Shown here in pieces: positions 53,910-64,000 of a stretch of DNA of 64,000 nucleotides. Under the pieces are notes generated by a model. It saw nothing but the letters and a program-made list of their open reading frames with translations. It was not told the DNA's origin and did not search any database. Source of the stretch: Eledone cirrhosa (Eukaryota); assembly GCA_964016885.1 (NCBI GenBank), contig OZ024758.1, positions 11,160,001 through 11,224,000 of the forward strand. The letters are read 5' to 3'. Positions within the stretch are counted from its first letter, which is position 1. Each line of letters opens with the position of its first letter. A program made the position numbers and the translations under genes.

Positions 53910-55025
53910 ATTGATGGTGGTGGTGATGGTGTTGGTGGTGATGGTGTTGGTGATTGTGGTGGTGGTGGTGGTGGTGGTGTTGGTGATGGTGATTGTGGTA
54001 GTGGTGGTGATGGTGATTGTGGTAGTGGTGGTGTTGGTGATTGTGGTGGTGGTGGTGCTGGTGATTGTGGTGGTGGTGGTGGTGTTGGTGTTGGTGATTG
54101 TGGTGGTGTTGGTGATTGTGGTGGTGTTGGTGATTGTGTTGGTGGTGGTGTTGGTGCTGGTGATGGTGGTGGTGGTGTTGGTGATTGTGGTAGTGGTGGT
54201 GTTGGTGATTGTGGTAGTGGTGGTGTTGGTGATTGTGGTAGTGGTGGTGTTGGTGATTGTGGTAGTGGTGGTGTTGGTGATTGTGGTGGTGGTGGTGTTG
54301 GTGATTGTGGTGGTGGTGGTGTTGGTGATTGTGGTGGTGGTGGTGCTGGTGATTGTGGTGGTGGTGGTGATTGTGGTAGTGGTGGTGCTGGTGATTGTGG
54401 TGGTGGTGGTGTTGGTGATGGTGATTGTGGTAGTGGTGGTGATTGTGGTAGTGGTGGTGTTGGTGATTGTGGTAGTGGTGGTGTTGGTGATTGTGGTAGT
54501 GGTGGTGTTGGTGATTGTGGTAGTGGTGGTGTTGGTGATTGTGGTAGTGGTGGTGTTGGTGATTGTGGTAGTGGTGGTGTTGGTGATTGTGGTAGTGGTG
54601 GTGTTGGTGATTGTGGTGGTGTTGGTGATGGTGATTGTGGTAGTGGTGGTGTTGGTGATTGTGGTAGTGGTGGTGTTGGTGATTGTGGTAGTGGTGGTGC
54701 TGGTGATTGTGGTAGTGGTGGTGTTGGTGATTGTGGTAGTGGTGGTGTTGGTGATTGTGGTAGTGGTGGTGCTGGTGATTGTGGTGTTGGTGATGGTGAT
54801 TGTGGTAGTGGTGGTGATGGTGATAGCAGTATTGGTGATAGTGTTGGTGGTGGTGATGATGGTGCTAGTGGTGATGATGATGGTGGTGGTGGTGGTGATG
54901 ATGGTGATGATGATGGTGGTAGTGGTGGTGATGGTACTAGTGGTGATGATAGTGGTGATGGTGATAGTGATGGAGGTGATGGTGGTGATGGTGATAGTGG
55001 TGATGGTGGTGATGGTGATGACAAT
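53910..55025. repeat. (GGT)n-derived tract with 24-bp unit
   Basis: GGTGATTGTGGTAGTGGTGGTGTT; other (CAC/CAT)n or (GGT/GAT)n tracts at 311-772, 31975-32830, 42700-43160, 51270-52070, 60257-60490. Confidence 0.93.
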
Positions 55026-55491
55026 GACAGCAATGATATTGATGAGTAATTTCTATAGAATTAATTAGTATTGTTTATTTTATTTTTATTCCACCCCTAT
55101 CCCTATCCCCCACCACCAGCCTCACTCTCCCACCACCATCCTCACACCCCCACCAGCAGCCTCACTCCCTCACCACCAGCCTCACTCCACCCCCACACCT
55201 CTTTCTCTCTCCTACCACTATCTCCTCCATCCCCCCCTCCCCCACCCCCTCTTCAACTTCTCCCCCACCACTACCCCCCATTTTCTCCTACCACTATCCC
55301 CTCCATCTCCCCCACCACCCCCACCCCTCCCCCACCACTTCTCCCTCCCCGCCCCACCCACGCCCCTCTATCTCCCACCCATCACTACCACCAACAATAT
55401 ATTACCATAGAAACCCTAAAAATCCTCTCTCCCATTACATTTTCAACCAGAAATAACAGGTGAGATCAACTCGGAAACAGTTGCTATGATA

Positions 55492-56330
55492 TGATTGTTG
55501 TTACTGTTTTTATGTGTGTTGTTGTTGTTGTTGTACTTGTTGCTATTGTTGTACTTGTTATTGTTATACTTACTGGTGTTATTGTTGTACTTGTTATTGT
55601 TACTGTTGTTGTACTTATTGGTGTTGTTGCTATTGTACTTGTTATTACTGTTGTACTTACTGGTGTTGTTATTGTACTTATTGTTGTACTTGTTATTGTT
55701 GTACTTATTGGTGTTGTTATTGTTGTACTTGTTATTGTTACTGTTGTACTTACTGGTGTTGTTGTTGTTGTTGTACTTGTTATTGTTACTGTTGTACTTA
55801 CTGGTGTTATTGTACTTGTTATTGTTGTTATTGTTGTACTTGTTATTTTGTTGTACTTATTGGTGTTGTTATTGTTGTACTTGTTATTGTTACTGTTGTA
55901 CTTACTGGTGTTGTTATTGTTGTACTTGTTATTGTTACTGTTGTACTTACTGGTGTTGTTATTGTTGTACTTGTTATTGTTACTGTTGTACTTACTGGTG
56001 TTGTTATTGTTATTGTTGTTGTACTTGTTATTTTGTTGTACTTATTGGTGTTGTTATTGTTGTACTTGTTATTGTTACTGTTGTACTTACTGGTGTTGTT
56101 ATTGTTGTACTTGTTATTGTTACTGTTGTACTTACTGGTATTGTTATTGTTGTTGTACTTGTTATTTTGTTGTACTTATTGGTGTTATTGTTGTACTTGT
56201 TATTGTTACTGTTGTACTTACTGGTGTTGTTATTGTTGTACTTGTTATTGGTGTTATTGTTGTACTTGCTATTGGTGTTATTGTTGTACTTGCTATTGGT
56301 GTTGTACTTATTGGTGTTGTTGTTGTTATT
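55492..56330. repeat. (TTG/TTA/GTAC) complex trinucleotide tract
   Basis: GTTATTGTTGTACTT units. Confidence 0.93.
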
Positions 56331-56850
56331 TTCTTATGATACAGAAAATCGGTCAGGATAAGAAAAATTGATGAACAAAAAAAAAAAATAACAAAACAAC
56401 AACAAAAAAAATCTACATTAGCAAATTACTCTTAATTAGGACTAATTGACTATTTTTATCAGAAACATCTTGATAATTTCATTTTATTGGAGCAGAATCA
56501 AGGAGGAGTTATTGAAAATATATTGACATCCCAGGGGAAATGAGGTAGACATTTTTTATTCTCACTGCTTATGTATATATATATATTATATATATGTGTG
56601 TGTGTGTGTATATACATATATATAATATATATGTGTGTGTGTGTGTGTGTATGTGTATATGTATATATATATATATATATACACACACCGTTGAAAAACC
56701 TTGCTGAACACACAAGCCGACACAGCTTGGCGCCACGGTTGGCATTTTACATATCTGTATATATAAATATACACACATGCGCACACAAATGTATATATAC
56801 ATATATATATATATACATACATACATACATGTACACACAACTGTGTGTGA

Positions 56851-56891
<41 letters not shown>

Positions 56892-57333
56892 AGTGGTAGT
56901 GCTGGTGCCACAATAAAATGCACCCAGTACACTCTATAAAGGGGTGAGAGGGAGAGAGCTATACAGAGAGAGAGGAAAAGAGTTGCAGAGAGAAGTGGAA
57001 GGGAGGGGAGAGAGATTCAGAGGGTGGGAGGGGACACAGACATGGAGGAGGGAGAGAGGGGGAATGACCTATTGGTGGTATTCCATTATAAACCTTGTTT
57101 TCAAAAATATTGCTTATGTCAGCAAAAAAACAATTGAAGAAGAAAACATAAAATAAAATAAAGAATAGTACAAATAAATTGTTTTTACGTAATAAAATAT
57201 AGTTTTGGTTATTTAATCTGGTCTTAAGACTTTACTGTAATATCCAGTAGATAGAGTGACTGAGAGAGAGAAAGAGAGGGGGGGAGACACGGAGAGAGAG
57301 AGAGGCATAGATAGACAGTGTGCGTGTGTGTGA

Positions 57334-57388
<55 letters not shown>

Positions 57389-57476
57389 GAGTACTTTTGT
57401 ATATTACGTGACAAATATTTCAAAGATCTTTCTCAGAAACATTTCAAATAACAACAATATAACATATATATATATA

Positions 57477-57975
57477 TCATCATCATCATCATCATCATCA
57501 GGTTTAGCGTCCGTGTTCCACGCTTGCATGGGTTTGGACGGGGGTTTTCCCACTTGAGGCAAGAGTGGTTGTCTTGCTCGCATAGGACTGTCTGGCGGGT
57601 TTTCTACAGTTGGATGCCCTTCCTAACACCAACCACATTTACAGTGTGGGGCTGGGAGGTTTTTACCGTGTTGCCTACACGGCCACATTACAGCGTGGAC
57701 TGTCTGGCGGGTTTTCTACAGCTGGATGCCCTTCCTAACACCAACCACATTTACAGTGTGGGGCCGGGAGGTTTTTACCGTGTTGCCTACACGGCCACAT
57801 TTACAGCGTGGACTGTGTGTTTTTTGTCGTGACACCTACACGATCTCATTTGTTTCGGCCTGGATGTTGTGGGGCCAACATAACTTTACATTGAAAGGGG
57901 CGGTGTGGGTGGGGTGGAGGTGGAGGTGGTGGGACGGGGGTGTGTTTTGATAGAGGTGCCTACTGACTGTAGTAG
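57477..57975 (-). mobile_element. RTE LINE 3' UTR fragment with internal ~110-bp duplication
   Basis: Matches the 3' UTR of the copies above; block GACTGTCTGGCGGGTTTTCTACAG...GGCCACATT occurs twice. Confidence 0.8.
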
Positions 57976-58060
57976 GTTTTTACACACATATATATATACA
58001 CACACACACACACATATATATATACACACACACACACACATATATATATACACACACACA

Positions 58061-58142
<82 letters not shown>

Positions 58143-58709
58143 TACAGACATATATATATATATATATATATATACACGCATATATACACACATATATATA
58201 TATACACACACATATATATATATATACACACATATATACACACATATATATACACATATATATATACACATATATATACACATATATATATATATATTAC
58301 ATTGTAACAGATATGGTGAAATATTTCCAACGTTCTAAAGAAAGAAAATTAATACTTCTGAAAAGAATTGTGTTGTACAAAATATTGTTATAGAAGAAAG
58401 GAAAACTGCCATTATGTAACTAATGTTTTATTGTAGAATATATCATCATCATCGTTTTAATGTCTGCTTCCACTGCTACAAGTGTTGAACTATATATATA
58501 TATAGTAACTAGTGAGTTTACCTATATATATATATATACATACATATATATATATATGTACATACATACATATATATATATATGTACATACATATATATA
58601 TATATATGTACATACATATATATATATATGTACATACATATATATATATATGTACATACATACATAAATACATACACATATACATACACATATACATATA
58701 TAGGTAAAC

Positions 58710-58756
<47 letters not shown>

Positions 58757-59687
58757 TAAATAGTGAGCTAGCATATACACAATCTTTCTTTCTAAATAAA
58801 TAAATAAATAAATATAGCAAGTTTTGTCCATATGTATTATGTCATGTGTCTGACAGTTTTTGTTTACATTTTAATAAACAGCCTTCCATTACATTATCTC
58901 AGTATGTTGAGGGGGGGGGGGGGGGGTAGATAGAGGGGGGGGGAGACAGACAGGTAGTGAGAGAGAGAGAGAGTGACAGACAGGTAGTGAGAGACAAAGA
59001 CAAGGAGAGAGAGAGAGATACAAAGAGACAGAAAAAGAAAGAGAAGGAGGGAGGGATACAGGCAGACAGAGAGAGAGGGGGGGAGATGTAATAAGCTTTA
59101 GGGACCATAAAACTAGGTATGTATATTTTCATCATAAGGCACCAACTGAAAAGACCCCCATGAGTAAAATTCCACGGTAGGATTAAATACAGGTAGATAG
59201 AGCTCTCTATCAAGTGGTTAGACAACTGGATTTGTAATCATGAGGTTCTGTGTTCAATTTCCAGACCAGACGATGTGTTATGTCCTTGAGCAAGACATTT
59301 TATTTCATGTTGCTCTTTCTGCCAAGAGTTGCAAATAATAGATAGTATCAGCAATGGAAAGACCAATGGAAACATTGTTCCCTTGGTCCAATTTGATGAG
59401 TTCAAACTGAGTAAGGAAATAAGGTATGGAATCTTGTTGATTGATTCAATCAAGTTGTGTATATTTTGTTCAAAATGGTAGAAATGTAAGTTCCAAAAAC
59501 CTCACCTTACAAATAATAATGTTAAAACCCTTTCATTACCAGATTTCTGATAAAAGAAACTGCCTGAAATTATTTAAATATTTTTGAGAATATTTCAGAA
59601 TTTAGAGAAATTTATTAATATATCAACTTTCTCATTATTAAGCTGCTGTTAAGAGACATAACTTAACAAAGGTTCGTATCTAGAATA

Positions 59688-59870
59688 ATAATTGTTTCTA
59701 CTTTTGGCACAAGGCCAGCAATTATCCCAGTGCATTACTGGTACTTTATTTTATCGACCCCGTAAGGATGAAAGGCAAAGTCAACCTCGGTGGGATTTGA
59801 ACTCAGATCGTTAAGGGACGTAACTCTATGCTGGAGGGTGTCCCGACCTTCTACTGATACTGCCAATCCA
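59688..59870 (-). mobile_element. SINE-like family B
   Basis: Reverse complement of the family consensus. Confidence 0.85.
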
Positions 59871-61062
59871 CAATAATGGAAGATTTATAAATAAATATAA
59901 ACATTTTAAAACAAAGCTGTGTATTGTAGAACAAAGTGATTTCAAGTGATTTGGTTCCAAAAGAGTTAAAATTCTAAAATATTGATTATGGAGGAATGGA
60001 GATGGAATTGTGGGGTGGAAGAAACAATGAGTTCCACTGTTCTTTGTTCTTGTCTTTATTTGATGTTGTTTGGGATTGTGGCCAAGTAAATTAAAAATAA
60101 TCTATATATATAGATATATATATCATTGATATAAACATCATAAAAGTTTGTACTTTTAATTGCTTGCCAAAATAAAACACAGGAATGAAATATATTTGGA
60201 GATTTTAGACTAAATTGTCAAAAGTATTAAATAAATACCAAGATGGAGAATAGATAGATGGTGATGGTGATGATGATGATGATGATGGTGATAGTGATGA
60301 TAGTGATGATAGTGATGGTGCTAATGATAGTGGTGATGATAGTGATGGTGATGATGATGATGATGATGATGGTGGTGGTGATGATGGTGGTGGTGATGAT
60401 GGTGATGAAGATGGTGATGGTGGTGGTGGTGATGCTGATGGTGATGATGATGATGGTGATGATGGTGATGGTGGTGATGATGATGATCCATCTAATCTCA
60501 GACCATGACAACCCATTCAACCCATGCCAAATTGGAAAACAGACATACCATGATGATGATTATGATACTGATGATGATGATGATGGTGATGGTGGTGAGG
60601 ATGATGATGATGATGGCGATGATGATGACCCATCAAGTCCTGGTCTATGACAGCCTTTTTCAACCCATGCCAGAATGGTAAACACATATAATGATGAAGA
60701 TGATGATGATGATGATAATGATGGTGAAAATGTCTTTATTGAAGTTGAGCAAGACAAGGTTCTCTGACCCATCAGGTCCTGATCTGTGACATACCATCCG
60801 GCCCTTGCCAGAATGAAAAACCGACATTTGATGATGATGATGATGATGATTATGATTATGATGAAAATTCACATTGCGCAAGAAAAGGTTCTCTGACCCA
60901 TCGGGTCCTGGTCTGTAACAGCCCCTCCAACCCATACCAACATGAAAGACATATGTAATGAGATAGCGACAATGAAGAAAATGTTTGTAATTTTCTTCCC
61001 TGTATTTTTTAGAAGCTATAAATTATTTACAGCATGGAAAATATTTTATGAATATAAGAATA

Positions 61063-61413
61063 TCATCATCATCATTTTACGTCCGCTTTTCCCTGCTTGC
61101 AAGGGTGGGACGGGAACTGAGTCTGGCTTGATTTCTACAGCTGGATGCCCTTCCTAACACCAACCTCATTTACAGTGAGTGCTGGGTGCTTTTTTGCCGT
61201 GGCATCTCCACGACCACTTTACAGTGTGGGCTGGGTGTTTTTTTTGCCGTGGCACCTCCACGACCACTTTGCAGTGGAATGATAGGGACCCCAGTCCCTA
61301 TCATCTCATTTCTACAGCCGATTAAACTGGAGCAATGTGAAATAAAGTGTCTTTCTCAAGGAAACAACACATCACCCGGTTTGAGAATTGAACTCACAAC
61401 CTTTCGATTGCAA
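61063..61413 (-). mobile_element. SINE family A, 5'-truncated
   Basis: Reverse-complement copy lacking the A box. Confidence 0.85.
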
Positions 61414-61868
61414 GAATATATTTAGAAAAATAATTAATTACTTTCATAGAATGTGAAATATATAATTATTTATAGTGTATAAAAGTATGTTTATAACAGC
61501 AGACAACATGTTTAGCTTTAATGCACATGACTAGTGTTGAATAGATTGTTTGAAAGATGTCTGCTCACCTACAACAAATTATCTCAGTTTAACTTGGACT
61601 GAAGATTTAATTTGACACAAATAAAATCACATAAATGCACACATATCTCTCCCCATCTTCCTTCCCATTCTCCTCTCACTGCATATCTCTCTCCCCCTCA
61701 CTTATTTACAGAATTTACTGGGTGCATTTTAATGAGCCACCAGCACTATCACTCACAAACACACTGACATTCTTACCATCCTCTTTCCAAAGTATGACCA
61801 ACATTTTACGCTACCCATATTCCATTATTAGCAATTTGATATGATAGATAGAATGCATTATATTTCAT

Positions 61869-62046
61869 GGCAGTATCGGTAGAGGGTTGGACGCCATGCT
61901 TTCCAGCATAGTTACATCCCTTTACAGTCTGAGTTCAAATCCCGCCGAGGTTAACTTTGCCTTTCATCCTTACGGGGTCGATAAAATAAAGTACCAGTAA
62001 TGTACTGGGTAATTGCTGGCCTTGTGCCAAAAGTAGAAACAATTAT
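61869..62046 (+). mobile_element. SINE-like family B
   Basis: Full copy GGCAGTATCGGTAGAG...AAAGTAGAAACAATTAT. Confidence 0.85.
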
Positions 62047-62599
62047 ATTTCATAAGAAATATATTCATGAAATATTTAACAAGTATGTGTGTGTAACAAC
62101 CATCAAAGTTATTGTGTTGAAAGAAACCAGAAAATATACAAGTGAAAATATATATATAAGAGATATATTGTTATTTAAATATATAAACATACATGTAAAG
62201 AAGACAATGATAATAAAAAACAGTTATTATTGAGGTAGACACTTGGAAAGAAAACTGACAATTACGATGAATCGAGGGAATAAAATCCTATTTAAGTGGA
62301 AACGATTTTAGAAATGTAGTAAGTTGTAAAGAATTGGTGGTGAAGGTATGAAATATACAGTGGGAAGACATTGAAATTGTAAATAATTTAATAGAAAAGT
62401 TTGTAGTAAAATAATTTAATAGAGAAGTTAGTTATAACATTTCAAAACAAAATTTTTGTTTGGATACATTTTTGTATTGGAATAAAATATAGAAATTGTA
62501 AGAATTTGTGAGTGAGTTATTTTAAGATAAATTGGTCATTGAAATGTCTTTGACAATAAAGATATTGATACTAGACTGAGATTGAGTGCTTGGTTAGCT

Positions 62600-63700
62600 T
62601 GAGAGGAGAGTTACTATAGCAGACACAAGACCTACCAGTTCTGGAGAGAAGAGTTACTACAGTAGAGGTAGATAAAGTGGCAATGACACAAGACCAACCA
62701 GTTCTGGAGAGAAGAGTTACAATAGTAGAGGTAAAAAAATGAGTGATGACACAAGATCAACCAGCTCTGGAGAGAAGATAAGAGTTACTATAGTAAAGGT
62801 AGAAAAAGTGGTGATGACACAAGACCTACCAGCTCTGGAGAGAAGAGTTACAATAGTAGAGGTAAAAAAATGAGTGATGACACAAGATCTACCAGCTCTG
62901 GAGAGAAGAGTTACAATAGTAGAGGTAAAAAAATGAGTGATGACACAAGATCAACCAGTTCTGAAGAGAAGATAAGAGTTACTATAGTAAAGGTAGAAAA
63001 AGTGGTGATGACACAAGATCTACCAGCTCTGGAGAGAAGAGTTACAATAGTAGAGGTAAAAAAATGAGTGATGACACAAGATCAACCAACTCTGGAGAGA
63101 AGATAAGAGTTACTATAGTAAAGGTAGAAAAAGTGGTGATGAAACAAGACCTACCAGCTCTGGAGAGAAGAGTTACAATAGTAGAGGTAAAAAAATGAGT
63201 GATGACACAAGATCAACCAACTCTGGAGAGAAGATAAGAGTTACTATAGTAAAGGTAGAAAAAGTGGTGATGAAACAAGACCTACCAGCTCTGGAGAGAA
63301 GAGTTACAATAGTAGAGGTAAAAAAATGAGTGATGACACAAGATCAACCAACTCTGGAGAGAAGATAAGAGTTACTATAGTAAAGGTAGAAAAAGTGGTG
63401 ATGAAACAAGACCTACCAGCTCTGGAGAGAAGAGTTACAATAGTAGAGGTAAAAAAATGAGTGATGACACAAGATCAACCAACTCTGGAGAGAAGATAAG
63501 AGTTACTATAGTAAAGGTAGAAAAAGTGGTGATGTCACAAGACCTACCAGTTCTGGAGAGAAGAGTTACAATAGTAGAGATAAAAAAATGAGTGATGACA
63601 CAAGATCAACCAACTCTGGAGAGAAGATAAGAGTTACTATAGTAAAGGTAGAAAAAGTGGCAATGACACAAGACCTACCAGCTCTGGAGAGAAGAACTAT
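62600..63700. repeat. 131-bp dimeric minisatellite (two related ~65-bp subunits)
   Basis: ATGAGTGATGACACAAG at 63064, 63195, 63326; both subunits share ACCAGCTCTGGAGAGAAGA. Confidence 0.95.
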
Positions 63701-64000
63701 TACACCAGACATAGAAAACTTTCAATCAATGCTAATAAATATTCTACTAATTACAGTTATCATTCAATTGATTAAAATTATTCTAATTATGGTCATCTGT
63801 ATTTTATTGTAAACATAAATAAAATACTAAAACAGAATATATTCAATAGACATCTAAAAGTGATTGGTTATAGATGAAAGATGTAGTTTGTCTGTGATCT
63901 ACTTCTATTATGTATAGTAGTAGTAGTAGTAGTAGCAGCAGCAGCAGAAACATTGATATATGAACTAAATTGAATTATGACACTTCACCTTCTCAACTGA

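Noticed and set aside
53819-55033. Extensin-like [11 protein letters not shown]
   Set aside because: By-product of a (GGT)n-derived 24-bp repeat
55514-56371. Cys-rich metallothionein/keratin-associated-like ORF
   Set aside because: All three + frames are open in a TTG/TTA repeat; no ATG context or unique sequence

Overview
AT-rich, repeat-saturated eukaryotic DNA. The SINE and LINE families and the (TA)n/(CA)n/(CAT)n load resemble an octopus/cephalopod genome (inference from recalled repeat motifs, not a search). Nearly all ORFs in the supplied track are microsatellite artefacts, and no intact protein-coding gene can be supported; only a few low-confidence micro-exon candidates were found. 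Supported content: a complete but internally deleted Helitron (43573-45222) with Rep and Pif1-helicase remnants; RTE-type LINE 3' fragments and a tRNA-derived SINE family sharing their tail; a second SINE family; an internally deleted CR1/Jockey-group LINE; Tc1/mariner-, hAT- and piggyBac-like MITEs; and more than 12 distinct minisatellites. The most unusual signal is a class of small elements sitting in (TA)n runs with the layout long hairpin + unpaired tail. One family has four copies whose outer stem differs between copies yet stays complementary within each copy, and it carries half of a hammerhead-ribozyme core, suggesting Penelope-like fold-back products. Three other sequence families share the same layout.
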